Numbered from the stretch's first letter, positions 47,940-58,155 are shown. The stretch: 64,000 nucleotides of DNA from Verrucomicrobiales bacterium (GCA_031411295.1 JANOAV010000087.1:32001-96000), one strand, 5' to 3'. A program made the numbers and translations. The notes: a model not told the origin generated them from the letters alone.

Positions 47940-49766
47940 CTAAATCAGACCCTTACGACGCATGGCCGCCTCCATGGCTGCTTCCACCAGGGCCGCAGCC
48001 AGCGTTTCCGTGGCCTGATCCAATTGCGCGTTGGCGGCTTTGAGTGCGGTTAGGGAATTGCTGTTCAGCGCGCTTTGCACCGCTGTGGTGGCCTGGGAAA
48101 TGGCCGCTTGTTGCTCCAGGGAAATCAACTCACCTGCCTGTGCGCTGGCGGTGGAGACAGCCGTTAGGAGTTCCTCTGCTTTCAATCGGGCCTCGGTCAG
48201 TTGCCGCTCCGTCATGTCCTCGAAGGCATATTCCACGGACTCTGCGACCATCGATTCCACCTTCTCGTCGTCCACTTGCACCGCCGCATGGCGAATTTCC
48301 AGGACCTGATCCTGCTGGGTAAGGGTGTCGCGCGCCAGCACTTGGAGGATGCCGTCGGCATCAATCGCAAATTGCACGCCCACGCGCGCCTGACCGCGCG
48401 GGGCAGGGGAGAACGGCAGTTCCAGTTGGCCTAGTTCCCAATTGTCGCGCGCCATTTCTCGCTCCCCCTGCAGGAAGCGAATCAGCATGGCGCGCTGCTG
48501 GTCCACTGCATTGGTAAACATTTCCCCAGCCTTGCAGGGGATGGTGGTATTGCGTGGGAGAATCACATTCATCAAGCCGCCGAAGGTCTCGATTCCTAAC
48601 GACAGTGGTGTCACATCCAGCAGCGTCAATTGTTGCATGGCCCCGCTGAGCATCCCGCCCTGAATCACGGCTCCGAGCGCAATGGATTCGTCCGGATGCT
48701 GGGTGGTATTTGGCTCGCGTTGGAAGATGTCCGCTACAAAATTTCGCACTGCGGGAATGCGGGTGCTGCCACCCACTAGCACGACTTGAGACAAGTTCGC
48801 CACGGCACAACGCGCATCCGCCAGCGCTTGTAGGCACAGCCGTCGGGTGCGCTCCAACAGTGGCAGGATCAGTTGCTCAAACTGGGCTCTGGTAAGATTG
48901 GTGGTGAAACTTTTGGTTCCTGAAATGAAAGGCAAGCTGATTTCCACCTCGTCCATGGCGCTCAATTGATGCTTCGCCAGCGTGGCCGCTTCCAGCATGC
49001 GAGCCTGCGCCAGCGGTGGCACCGGTTCGTTCGCGAAAATTTCCCCCTGCAACCAGCCAGCAATCGCGCGATCAAAATCATCGCCTCCCAACTGCGTGTC
49101 CCCTTGGGTTGCGAGCACTTGAAAGACGCCCTCCCGCAACTCCAAAATACTTAGATCAAACGTGCCCCCGCCCAAATCAAACACCGCCACTTTGGCCTGC
49201 TCCTGTAAGCGTTCCAGGCCATATGCCAGGGCGGCTGCGGTGGGTTCGTTGAGAATGCGTTCCACTTGGAAGCCCGCCAACTCCCCAGCCCGTTTCGTCG
49301 CCTGACGCTGCGCATCATTGAAGTAAGCGGGCACGGTAATTACGGCCCGATGCACCGGACGCTCTAGCCGATATTCTGCAATTGCTTTCAACCGCCGCAG
49401 AATGATTGCGCTCACTTCCTCGGGCAGCAGCAATTGCTCATCCAGTTTGATCCGCAGCCGATCATCCGCCGCCGCCACGACCGGATAGCCCACGCTCAAA
49501 TTCAGCTCCCCCCGACGTTTCCCCATCAACCGTTTCACGGAAACGATCGTCCGAGCGGGTTCCGTCACCCGACGGCGCAAGGCAGCTGCGCCTACTTCCG
49601 GCTCACCGCCATCGCTGGGAAAATACACCACCGACGGTGTTAGGCGCGAGCCATTTTCATCCGCCAGTAAAATGGGAAAGCCCGCCTCCACCACGCCAAT
49701 CAATGAATTGGTGGTGCCCAGATCAATTCCCACAATCGTATCGTCGCTCGTCATAGCAGGGATCAT
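47940..49766 (-). CDS. hscA: Hsp70 family chaperone, HscA-like
   Basis: [54 protein letters not shown]; preceded by an HscB-like gene. Confidence 0.8.
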   Translation of the reverse strand: MIPAMTSDDTIVGIDLGTTNSLIGVVEAGFPILLADENGSRLTPSVVYFPSDGGEPEVGAAALRRRVTEPARTIVSVKRLMGKRRGELNLSVGYPVVAAADDRLRIKLDEQLLLPEEVSAIILRRLKAIAEYRLERPVHRAVITVPAYFNDAQRQATKRAGELAGFQVERILNEPTAAALAYGLERLQEQAKVAVFDLGGGTFDLSILELREGVFQVLATQGDTQLGGDDFDRAIAGWLQGEIFANEPVPPLAQARMLEAATLAKHQLSAMDEVEISLPFISGTKSFTTNLTRAQFEQLILPLLERTRRLCLQALADARCAVANLSQVVLVGGSTRIPAVRNFVADIFQREPNTTQHPDESIALGAVIQGGMLSGAMQQLTLLDVTPLSLGIETFGGLMNVILPRNTTIPCKAGEMFTNAVDQQRAMLIRFLQGEREMARDNWELGQLELPFSPAPRGQARVGVQFAIDADGILQVLARDTLTQQDQVLEIRHAAVQVDDEKVESMVAESVEYAFEDMTERQLTEARLKAEELLTAVSTASAQAGELISLEQQAAISQATTAVQSALNSNSLTALKAANAQLDQATETLAAALVEAAMEAAMRRKGLI

Positions 49767-49772
49767 GGACAG

Positions 49773-50342
49773 TCAGTTCAGGAGACGCAACCGACGTTGT
49801 TGCACTTGCAGTTCCCATTTCTCCAAAAAGGCCGCCTCTTGGGCCGCGTGCTGGAGCAGGACTAAATCCAGCCCCTCCGCGTCCATCCGCGCCAGCAGCG
49901 ATTCCAATGTTTCCTGTCGTGCCACCAGCACCTGGGCTGCAGTTACGAGCACGTCTTCCGTGGTTAAGGCTTCCGTGGTTAGCAACGCCTTCGCCAAGGC
50001 CGAGGTGGCGGTGGCGGACTTCGCCAGGAACGCGTCCGCTTGCTGTAACGCTTGATTTACCAAGGCAAAGACCGTCATCAGCGATTCATCCAACACTGCC
50101 CCCTTCGCCACTTGGCCGCCCGCCAACTCCAGCAAATGTTTCAGCCGTCGAGGGCGTGCACTAAGCACCGCATAAGCTTCATTCACCAACTGAAATTCCG
50201 CCGCCCGCGCCTCGCGCTCAGCCGCATCCACGGCTGCATCAGGATGCACCGCCGCGCCACGTTCCTGAAACGCCGCCCGCGCGGCATCCAAACTGAGGGA
50301 CGCCTGCGGGGAGACTCCTAAGATAGTGAAATAATCAAGCAT
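49773..50342 (-). CDS. hscB: J-domain co-chaperone, HscB-like
   Basis: DYF.ILG, HPD, VNEAY.VL....RRL.HLLEL; start re-called at ATG 50342. Confidence 0.75.
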   Translation of the reverse strand: MLDYFTILGVSPQASLSLDAARAAFQERGAAVHPDAAVDAAEREARAAEFQLVNEAYAVLSARPRRLKHLLELAGGQVAKGAVLDESLMTVFALVNQALQQADAFLAKSATATSALAKALLTTEALTTEDVLVTAAQVLVARQETLESLLARMDAEGLDLVLLQHAAQEAAFLEKWELQVQQRRLRLLN

Positions 50343-50491
50343 GCCCGGACTAATTCGCACTCTGAGCCACATGCAAATCGATTCGTTTTTTTGCGTAATA
50401 AAATCGCGCTTTAAGGAACTTAATCTTGCCAGCGCGACAAGAACGTATAAGGTAGCAAACCACCCAATTTTACTGCCCAACCAGACCACCC

Positions 50492-51805
50492 ATGAACCCC
50501 GATTCATCCGCTCCTACTCCTCGTCTCAGTCGCTTAGCCGTTATCGGGGGCACTGGACTACTCTGTTTAACGGGGATTAACTTTACCGAGAACCAAAATT
50601 TACACGCGTCCAATCTGGGGCTGCGCAAATCCATCGAGCGCTGGGCGGCAGCCGATGAAGCGAAGGGGGCACAAATTGTTAGTTTAAACACCGTTCTCAA
50701 CGACACCAAGCAACTCCTGGCTGCCGAGCAGGTCGTCACCAAGAACCTAACGGCGGACAAAGCAGCACTCACCGGCAAGGTGAAGGAGATTACCGCCAAG
50801 CTGGATGACACCTCCAAGAAATTGACCAAGACCACGGGTGAGCTGACTGCGATGACGTCCAAGTCCGAGCAATTAAGCCGTGATCTGGCTGCTTCCAAGA
50901 AGAGTGAGGAACTGCTGAAGTCCGATGTGGCCGCTGGATTGCAGCGGGAAACGACCCTCAAGAGCACCGTCGCCACCTTGGAAAAGACGAAGGCGGACCT
51001 CACGACTGCGATTGCCAGCAAGGAACAGCAAATCAAGAAACTAGACGAAGAGAAGACCGCCCTGAACAAGGATTTGGCAGCTGCCACCCAGCAAGTGGCT
51101 GATGCCAAGGTGCGTGAAAGCAAGCTGCAAGCTGATTTACTAGCCACCAATGAAAAGGCTGCCGCCCAGGCCAAGGAAATTGCCGCGGCGGGCGAGAAGA
51201 TGACCCAAATGGACACCGGGACCGCCGCGCTGAACAAGGCCCTAGCCACCGAGCAAGCCAAGGCCGCTGCGCTCGCCAAAGCGAACGATCAGATCACCAA
51301 GGATCTGGCGGCCCTCCGCACCCAGAATGATGTTACCACCAAAGAGTTGGCTGAAGCCAAGAAGTCCGTGGAAGCCTTGAATCAGGAAAAAACCCAGTTG
51401 GTGACCACCCGGGATGAGCTGATGAAGAAGCTCACTGAACTGGATACCCGCGTCAAAGCCCTCCAAGAGCAAAACAAAGGCCAGCAAAACGCCAGTCAAC
51501 TTCTCAAGGAAGAACGTGATGCGTTGAACGATCAGGCCAAAAAGCTCAGCAGCCAGATCGAAGGCCTGAACCAGCAATTTGATGCCATGGCCGCTCAGCA
51601 GAAGGCTCAAGTCGCAGAACTCAGCAAACAACGCGATGGCCTCAAGACCGAGCGCGACCAACTGACTTCCGCCTGTGGCGAACTCATGAAGAAGCTGGAG
51701 CAACTCTCCGCGCAAGTGAAGACCCTTCAGAGCGATTTCATGGCCCTGCGCAGACTCAAAGAGGAAGCCAACGCCACGCTGACGACCCTGCCAGTGCTGC
51801 CGTAA
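50492..51805 (+). CDS. Membrane-anchored long coiled-coil protein
   Basis: N-terminal hydrophobic segment followed by ~390 aa of heptad-patterned K/E/L/A/Q sequence. Confidence 0.8.
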   Translation: MNPDSSAPTPRLSRLAVIGGTGLLCLTGINFTENQNLHASNLGLRKSIERWAAADEAKGAQIVSLNTVLNDTKQLLAAEQVVTKNLTADKAALTGKVKEITAKLDDTSKKLTKTTGELTAMTSKSEQLSRDLAASKKSEELLKSDVAAGLQRETTLKSTVATLEKTKADLTTAIASKEQQIKKLDEEKTALNKDLAAATQQVADAKVRESKLQADLLATNEKAAAQAKEIAAAGEKMTQMDTGTAALNKALATEQAKAAALAKANDQITKDLAALRTQNDVTTKELAEAKKSVEALNQEKTQLVTTRDELMKKLTELDTRVKALQEQNKGQQNASQLLKEERDALNDQAKKLSSQIEGLNQQFDAMAAQQKAQVAELSKQRDGLKTERDQLTSACGELMKKLEQLSAQVKTLQSDFMALRRLKEEANATLTTLPVLP

Positions 51806-51902
51806 ATGGCGACCGGTTAGGATCGCGCAGCACCAACTTGGGGCGGTCGAAAATTCTCGGAAGGCCTTTGGCTCGCCTTGGCGAGTAGGAATGGATGTTC
51901 GC

Positions 51903-51957
51903 AATGGCGGACAGAGTCACGCCACTCCCTTTGGAGTGGCGGAGTCCCTCCGCCATT
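51903..51957. terminator. Long stem-loop between convergent genes (terminator or REP-like)
   Basis: AATGGCGGA...CGCCACTCC-cttt-GGAGTGGCG...TCCGCCATT. Confidence 0.5.
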
Positions 51958-52074
51958 GGGCCATGGGGATCAGTCTGGCGGAAGCTCGCGTGAAATAGTT
52001 GGGTCGCCCATTTTCCCCGCAGATCAGGATGTCTGAGGCTTGGCGGGGGAATCGTTCGACTGGCCGCCGGGGGA

Positions 52075-53559
52075 CTAATTCGTGGCTCTGGACTGCGGTT
52101 GCTCATAGGTGAGGCTACCGTGCGCCCCTTGAGTATAGGTGGGAAATGGCCAAGCCCAAGCGCCGTGAAAAATCATGCGGCACCCGCCTCCATGAATCTT
52201 CATTTGAAGCACCGGCTCCCCGTCAGGGGAGGTCTTGATTAGTATGGGAGACTCGTAGCGCAGGAAATGAGGTTGCTCCCCTTCCCACGGTGGCAATGGG
52301 GTTTGCGGATCTCGATACATCTGCCCGGCTCTGGCAGCAGCTTGAATGTTCATGGCCAACGTTTTCGCCGTTCGCCCGCCCTCCAACATGTCATCCTGAC
52401 TGGGAAATGGTTGCGGCGTCCCCGGTGGTCTCGGTGCTCGATTTCCCCAACCGCCATCTTGAGGGAGTTTGGCCACCCAGGCATTGGCGGCATCCCGGTC
52501 TTCCAAGGCCGCCTGCACTGCGTAAGCCCAGATGTAGGCGCTTACGATAGGCGATTTTATGTGCGCATTGAGCCATCCACCAGCACCCGTCAGATCTCGG
52601 GTGGCGAATTCTACCATGGCAACTTCCCCGGTGCGCGCCGGAAATCCGGGGAGGGCGCTAAAACCTTCCACCCAGCTGATGGCGCGTTCTGGCTGGTGGA
52701 TCGCATACCTTGGAGCCACGGTGCTTATACCTGCGAAGAGCTCGTCTTTGTTCGTTCGTTGCCCAACCCAAACAGCAGTTTCCGCAGGGCCTACTTCCTT
52801 GAGTTTGTGTTCGGCAATCTTATTAACCAACTGCCAGCGGGTCCCTGCTGGGAGTTTGGAATCCGCATTTTGCTGCGATTCCAGCCATTCCTCCAACGCT
52901 TGCGCTCCGCGTTGTTTTTCCAGAGCACTCACTGTCGCCCACTCCGAGGGCTCACTGCCGCCAGTGCTTACATAATCCAGCAACCCCTGAAGATCTGTGG
53001 CCGCCCACGCTTCTGCCAGGGCTGAGCCGTTCCGCCTCGCCCACTCGCCTTGGTCCTTGCCCGAGGCTGCCCATGCCACCACCTCCAGCGGGTTCAATCC
53101 TGCCCACACGAACATCAGACAGCGGGCGTCGTCATCCGCTCCGGTGCCAATTAGGCGATCCTTCCGCAGTAGAAATTCCGCCGCAACCTGTGGGTTACGC
53201 CGAACCAATTTCGCCAAGTATCCCAACCAGTCATCCTTTCGAACTCGAGGATAGCCTTGATTCACATCCGCCAAATACATTCCCATAATCCAATCGGCAT
53301 CCTCTAGATTGACGGACAATTCTGGATGCTCAAAACAAGCGACCACCGCCGACCGTTGTTCCACAACGGACAACGCCAGCGCAGCCTCCATGGCGGCCCG
53401 GAAGGAAAACGTTGGTTTGTTGTCCGAAGGGGTGGGGGATGGCGGAACAGGCTGGGAAGCCACCGCCGACCGCGAACGAATCCGCTGGTAAACGGCAACG
53501 GTCCCCCACGTCGCACAGAGGCTGGCGATGGCTAACAGGAGGATACGTTTCCGGTTCAT
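52075..53559 (-). CDS. Hypothetical membrane-anchored helical-repeat protein
   Basis: Start re-called at MNRKRILLLAIASL; recurring W...(D/N)P..A..W helical repeats. Confidence 0.72.
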   Translation of the reverse strand: MNRKRILLLAIASLCATWGTVAVYQRIRSRSAVASQPVPPSPTPSDNKPTFSFRAAMEAALALSVVEQRSAVVACFEHPELSVNLEDADWIMGMYLADVNQGYPRVRKDDWLGYLAKLVRRNPQVAAEFLLRKDRLIGTGADDDARCLMFVWAGLNPLEVVAWAASGKDQGEWARRNGSALAEAWAATDLQGLLDYVSTGGSEPSEWATVSALEKQRGAQALEEWLESQQNADSKLPAGTRWQLVNKIAEHKLKEVGPAETAVWVGQRTNKDELFAGISTVAPRYAIHQPERAISWVEGFSALPGFPARTGEVAMVEFATRDLTGAGGWLNAHIKSPIVSAYIWAYAVQAALEDRDAANAWVAKLPQDGGWGNRAPRPPGTPQPFPSQDDMLEGGRTAKTLAMNIQAAARAGQMYRDPQTPLPPWEGEQPHFLRYESPILIKTSPDGEPVLQMKIHGGGCRMIFHGAWAWPFPTYTQGAHGSLTYEQPQSRATN

Positions 53560-53698
53560 GGGTGAAGGATGGCGCAAACGCTGTCTCGTGGCAAGAACTA
53601 ACTCAATCGCGAGCCTGAGGAGGATTTTCGAGGGTGCAGAAAACCACCTCCCACGAGACGTGCGCCCACGTGGTTGATTTACGAACCACTGTGGCATC

Positions 53699-53860
53699 AT
53701 GAATGGAAACCGTGAAGTCAGTGACCCAGTGCCGGATGTGAGCCGCGAAGATTTTTCGTTGGAGCAAATGCGGAACCAACGGGAGGCTGAAATGGACCAA
53801 GATCCCAGTATGGTGTTGTCGCTGGAGGGATTCCCGGCTCCGTTGGCTGACCGTCGGGCG
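53699..53860 (+). pseudogene. Degenerate copy of the addiction-module antitoxin
   Basis: REAEMDQDPSMVLSLEGF.AP aligns to REAEMDADPSMELSMEEFMAP of 54280-54516; N-terminus decayed and no toxin follows. Confidence 0.7.
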
Positions 53861-54073
53861 AGCTTGGGGGGGACGAGGGCTTGGGCGGTCGTGACAAATT
53901 GTATCGAGGGAGGTCTCACACTCTTCAACACCCTCCGATAATATGCACACCTTGCACGAGATAAGCAGCGGCCTAAGAAAATTTGAATCAGATATATTTG
54001 ATTTCTGGAGCGAATATTTGTGAGACAGGCCTTTTTGTCTGGGAATGAGCTGTGCTAAAGGGCGATCAAGAGG

Positions 54074-54205
54074 AGCATCGGTGAAAAATATCGGATCGCC
54101 CCGACTAAGGACCTGCGGACGGTTTGCCCGAATTGCCACGCAATGCGCCATCGACAACCGCCTCCAATGAGCATTGACTCGCTTAGGAAAGCTTATCGAG
54201 AATAG
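54074..54205 (+). pseudogene. C-terminal fragment of an McrA-like HNH endonuclease
   Basis: Hand translation SIGEKYRIAPTKDLRTVCPNCHAMRHRQPPPMSIDSLRKAYRE*; in-frame stop at 54056-54058 upstream, no start. Confidence 0.75.
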
Positions 54206-54244
54206 TGCCTGGTCTGTCGCACCTTCTTGATGAGAAATGTCGTA

Positions 54245-54272
54245 TTGCATCTCCAGAAAAACCGGGTATTCT
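54245..54272 (+). promoter_or_regulatory. Sigma70-like promoter of TA operon (TTGCAT-16-TATTCT), leaderless
   Basis: -10 box ends 7 nt before ATG 54280; no SD. Confidence 0.55.
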
Positions 54273-54279
54273 GCACGTC

Positions 54280-54516
54280 ATGAGTGTGAATTACGAAACA
54301 ATCGTGAAGGCTGCGTTACACCTTAGTGCGGAGGAGAGGTGCCGTGCAGCCACCATTCTGTGGGAATCGGTGGATCCCAGTCGCGACTTCACGTCAGAAG
54401 ATGATGAACTGGAGGCGCTGCTGGACAGAAGGGAAGCTGAGATGGATGCAGACCCAAGCATGGAGTTATCGATGGAGGAATTCATGGCACCGTTTGTTAG
54501 CCGCAGCAGAGCATGA
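54280..54516 (+). CDS. Addiction module antitoxin (TIGR02574-like)
   Basis: AL.LS.EER...A..LWESV, acidic C-terminus; ATGA overlap with toxin. Confidence 0.85.
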   Translation: MSVNYETIVKAALHLSAEERCRAATILWESVDPSRDFTSEDDELEALLDRREAEMDADPSMELSMEEFMAPFVSRSRA

Positions 54517-54803
54517 GATTTACCTTTAATCGGGCTGTCCAATTGGAAATGTGGCAGATTCGCGATTGGTATGACGCAAGGAAGGACGGATTGGGCGATG
54601 AGTTTTTTCAAGAATTCCAATCGATGCTGGATCTGAGCGGCGGAAATCCAGAACGGTTTCCACTATCGAGTTTGGGTCGACGCAAGGTCACGTTGAGACG
54701 GTTTCCTTATGCAATCTATTTCAGGGTATCGCTCGACCGGATTCGTATCCTCGTCCTCTGCCACGAAAAGCGCCACCCCGACTATGGAAAATACCGCAAA
54801 TGA
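54513..54803 (+). CDS. RelE/ParE family toxin
   Basis: WY.....GLG.EF, NPERFP, RR..L.RFPY.IYF, I.IL...H.KR.P.Y. Confidence 0.9.
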   Translation: MRFTFNRAVQLEMWQIRDWYDARKDGLGDEFFQEFQSMLDLSGGNPERFPLSSLGRRKVTLRRFPYAIYFRVSLDRIRILVLCHEKRHPDYGKYRK

Positions 54804-54907
54804 TCCAACCTTGGGACAAAACCGCCCAAACCCAGCAAAATTCTAAAAAAATCCCTTAATCCTTCCTTGACATCGGAGTAAGGTGCGCTTGGTTTCCGGT
54901 CCACGCC

Positions 54908-55126
54908 ATGCTAACAAGATTTCGCAAATTTTTCTCTGAGGTCAGTGTCGAATTACATAAAACGACCTGGCCATGGGATCCAAAAGAAACCGGTTTTAAA
55001 AAATTCCGGGAGCTTACGGATTCCACCATTGTTGTGTTCGTCGCCATGCTTCTCCTCGGGGCATTTGTGAATTTCTGGGACTTGGTGATGGTGGGGGTAA
55101 TGTCGCTGCTTACAGGCGCCAAATAA
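54908..55126 (+). CDS. secE: Preprotein translocase subunit SecE
   Basis: FFSEV..EL.KTTWPW, EL.DST.VV, single TM; upstream of nusG. Confidence 0.93.
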   Translation: MLTRFRKFFSEVSVELHKTTWPWDPKETGFKKFRELTDSTIVVFVAMLLLGAFVNFWDLVMVGVMSLLTGAK

Positions 55127-55420
55127 CCTCCTCTTCCTGCTTCCGGCGGTGTTTCTCAGGGGTTGAACGAATGGAATGGCCCGATGTTCTCCCCTCACTT
55201 TTGAAACCTGCCGTCTAAATAACTCGCTCTTTATGAGTCGCTCCTGCTGACGAATTGGTCAGTCCCCTGCTGCGGGTGCAGTTGCCTGCTACGAGGCATC
55301 GTTTCGTGGTCGCCATTCCTTTTCTCCCTCTGCTGCGGGTATTTTCTCGTTGCAGGGTTCGATTTTCTCTCTCGTTTCCTTTTCCTTTTTTAACCCCCCA
55401 AATTTCCACCCCCTAACGTC

Positions 55421-56011
55421 ATGGCAGCTATCCCTGGTGAGCGCGATCAATGGTATGTGATTCATGTCCTTTCCGGCCAAGAAAACAAGGTCCGTGAGAA
55501 CCTGACTCGTCGGATGAAGACTGAGGAGATGAGTGATACCGTCTTCGAGATCCTCATGCCGCAGGAGCGGGTGTCCGAATTCAAAAATGGCAAGAAGGCC
55601 GAGACGAAGCGGAAGTATTTCCCCGGTTATCTGCTGGTGAACATGAATTTGTTCCGCCCCGATGGCACGATGGTGGACAAAGCTTGGTATTTCATTAAAG
55701 ACACCCAAGGCATCATTAATTTTGCGGGCACGAAGAACAAGCCCACCCCGATGCGCCCACAAGAAGTGGAAACGATGCTGCTGCAGATGCGCGAGCGGGA
55801 AGACAACGTTACCCCGAAGATCGCTTTCGAAGTGGGCGATTCCGTCAAGGTCAACGATGGTCCGTTCGACGGCCAGATTGGCGTGGTGGAAGAAATCGAC
55901 CACGAAAAGGGCAAGCTGCGGGTTTCCGTCAGCATCTTCGGCCGCAACACCCCGGTGGATCTGGAATTCTACCAAGTCGAGAAAGCCGACGAAGACGCAC
56001 AGCAATCTTAA
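55421..56011 (+). CDS. nusG: Transcription factor NusG
   Basis: WYVIHVLSGQE, YFPGY, KOW motif DGPF, SIFGRNTPV. Confidence 0.97.
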   Translation: MAAIPGERDQWYVIHVLSGQENKVRENLTRRMKTEEMSDTVFEILMPQERVSEFKNGKKAETKRKYFPGYLLVNMNLFRPDGTMVDKAWYFIKDTQGIINFAGTKNKPTPMRPQEVETMLLQMREREDNVTPKIAFEVGDSVKVNDGPFDGQIGVVEEIDHEKGKLRVSVSIFGRNTPVDLEFYQVEKADEDAQQS

Positions 56012-56092
56012 CGCGCTGCGTCTCCCGCTCCCTAAAATTTTACGCACTAGTCCTCCTCCGCCTCAGTTTAAACTCCCAAATATTACCAAATT

Positions 56093-56518
56093 ATGGCTAA
56101 AGAAATCGTCAAACTCATCAAGTTACAAATCCCAGCTGGTGCCGCCAATCCGGCTCCTCCCGTGGGTCCTGCGCTCGGTCAAGCCGGCGTGAACATCATG
56201 GCTTTCTGTAAAGAGTTCAATGCCGCCACGCAGAAATCTGCTGGTGATGTGCTCCCAGTCGTGATCACCGTTTACAAGGACAAGTCATTCACTTTCATCA
56301 CCAAGCAGCCTCCAGCGAGCGCCCTCATTAAGAAGGCTCTCGGTCTGGCCAGCGGATCCAAAGTTCCTCACAAGGAAAAAGTGGGCAAGCTGACCAAACA
56401 ACAACTGGCTGACGTGACCAAGGCCAAGCGCCCTGACCTCAACGCCAACAGCGACGAAGCCGCCATGCGCATCATTGCCGGGACCGCCCGTCAAATGGGT
56501 GTCGAGGTGGAGGCATAA
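56093..56518 (+). CDS. rplK: 50S ribosomal protein L11
   Basis: [27 protein letters not shown]. Confidence 0.98.
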   Translation: MAKEIVKLIKLQIPAGAANPAPPVGPALGQAGVNIMAFCKEFNAATQKSAGDVLPVVITVYKDKSFTFITKQPPASALIKKALGLASGSKVPHKEKVGKLTKQQLADVTKAKRPDLNANSDEAAMRIIAGTARQMGVEVEA

Positions 56519-56526
56519 GACCAAAG

Positions 56527-56599
56527 GGAGAAGGGGCGGCCCGCCCCTTCCGATCGTAGAAATTTTTTCATACCCGTCGGGGCGAGCCGCCCCGACTCC
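56527..56599. repeat. Inverted pair of GGAG+hairpin REP-like units
   Basis: GGAGAAGGGGCGGCCCGCCCCTTC and, on the minus strand, GGAGTCGGGGCGGCTCGCCCCGAC. Confidence 0.65.
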
Positions 56600-56623
56600 A
56601 TTGCACAAAACCAAACCCCAACC

Positions 56624-56653
56624 GCAGGAGAGCACACCGCTCGTTTGCACTGC
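56624..56653 (+). promoter_or_regulatory. Probable L1-binding autoregulatory RNA site
   Basis: GCAG-GA-GAGC-acacc-GCTC-gtttgca-CTGC: two stems around an asymmetric loop with GGAG, 10 nt before rplA. Confidence 0.55.
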
Positions 56654-56663
56654 ACAAACCAAC

Positions 56664-57368
56664 ATGGCCCAAACCAACCGAAGCAAACGCTACAAAAACG
56701 CCGCTAAAACGCTGACTCCAGGAAAACTCCATTCCCTCGAAGAAGCCTTTGAAACGCTGAAGAAACTCCCCGCCCCCAAGTTCGACCAAACCGTAACGGT
56801 CTCGTTCCGGATGGGTGTCGATCCCAAAAAGGGTGACCAAATGATCCGTTCCTCTTGCCCACTGCCACACGGCTCTGGTAAGACGGTTAAGGTGTTGGTC
56901 TTCGCCCAAGGTGACGCCGCCAAGGCCGCCAAAGAGGCGGGTGCTGACTTCGTCGGTTACGAAGACATGATCAAGAAGATCCAAGAAGGCTGGCTGGACT
57001 TTGATGTCGCCATCGCCACCACCGACGCCATGACCGAAGTGCGGAAACTGGCTCGGATCCTCGGTCCTCGTGGTTTGATGCCGAATCCCAAGACTGGCAC
57101 CGTGACCGATGATCCTGCCAAGGCCGTCGTCGCCACCAAGGCTGGTAAGGTGAACTTCAAGCTCGACAAGAATGGCAACATTTCCAGCTCCATCGGCAAA
57201 CTCTCCTTTGATGTTATCAAATTGAAGGAAAACGCCGAAGCGCTGATCGAAGCCGTTTACCGTGCGAAACCCGCCACCGCCAAGGGCAAATACATCACCA
57301 GCATGCACACCACGGCAACCATGACCCCCGGTCTGGCCCTCGATGCTGCCAAGTATGCGCGCAACTAA
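56664..57368 (+). CDS. rplA: 50S ribosomal protein L1
   Basis: KFDQTV, LPHGSGK, LGPRGLMPNPKTGTVT; start ATG 56664. Confidence 0.98.
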   Translation: MAQTNRSKRYKNAAKTLTPGKLHSLEEAFETLKKLPAPKFDQTVTVSFRMGVDPKKGDQMIRSSCPLPHGSGKTVKVLVFAQGDAAKAAKEAGADFVGYEDMIKKIQEGWLDFDVAIATTDAMTEVRKLARILGPRGLMPNPKTGTVTDDPAKAVVATKAGKVNFKLDKNGNISSSIGKLSFDVIKLKENAEALIEAVYRAKPATAKGKYITSMHTTATMTPGLALDAAKYARN

Positions 57369-57409
57369 GCGAACCCTCGGAACTAACCTCTAACGAAATT
57401 TTCTGAAAT

Positions 57410-57982
57410 ATGAATCCCGATAAAAAAATCATTTCCGAGCAGTTGATGAACCGCATCAACAACGCCCCGTTCGTCCTCCTGGTGGACTACACCGGTATGA
57501 CCGTGCCGCAGTTCAACAAGGTTCGCAAGAGCCTGAGCGATACTGGCGCCACGCTCCACGTAACCAAAAACAGCTACATCAAGGCCGTGGGCACCGAAAA
57601 AGGCTACCCCAAGGAATTGGAAGCTGACCTCAAGGGCCAAACCGCCATTGTCTTCGGCCCCAACGACGTTTGTGCCGCGGCCAAGATCCTCAAGGGTTAT
57701 GACACCGAAACGAAGCGTAACTCCCTGAAGAGTGGCGTCCTCGACGGCACCTTCCTGGATGCCGCAGCCATCACCGAGCTGGCCAATGTGGGTAGCCGTG
57801 ACAACCTCCTGGCCAAGTTGCTGGGCGTGTTGAACGCTCCTGCTGGCGCCATCGCCCGTGTCATTGCTGCGCACGTTGAGAAGTCTGGCGCTCCTGCTGC
57901 TGAAGCTCCTGCGGCTCCTGTTGCTGAAGCTGCTCCTGCCGCTGAGGCCGCGCCCGCCGCTGAAGCTCCTGCTGCTGAATAA
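57410..57982 (+). CDS. rplJ: 50S ribosomal protein L10 with Ala/Pro/Glu tail
   Basis: VDYTGMTV.Q...VR, V.KN, L.GQTA; operon position. Confidence 0.95.
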   Translation: MNPDKKIISEQLMNRINNAPFVLLVDYTGMTVPQFNKVRKSLSDTGATLHVTKNSYIKAVGTEKGYPKELEADLKGQTAIVFGPNDVCAAAKILKGYDTETKRNSLKSGVLDGTFLDAAAITELANVGSRDNLLAKLLGVLNAPAGAIARVIAAHVEKSGAPAAEAPAAPVAEAAPAAEAAPAAEAPAAE

Positions 57983-58155
57983 ACGACGAAAGGGACTGAA
58001 AGGACGTAAAGGACTTACGAGACTCTAGACCATAACACACCCAAGCCCCTCATTTTTTACTCTCTTACTCTCCCACTCTCATAAATACACTTTCCCGCCA
58101 ACCAGCGGAAAAACCAAACCAAACCTAAAGTAACTAAAACCACAAACCCAGTTCC

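Noticed and set aside
50470..51904. Antisense ORFs of 269 and 220 aa opposite the coiled-coil gene
   Set aside because: Mirror of repetitive K/E/L/A codons; the + strand ORF has the coherent heptad pattern
53603..54250. 215-aa minus-strand ORF and the 5' extension of the 52075 ORF to 53931
   Set aside because: They overlap + strand relics (antitoxin copy, HNH fragment) that explain the sequence better
54804..54907. tRNA-Trp expected upstream of secE
   Set aside because: No cloverleaf or T-arm GTTCRA motif visible
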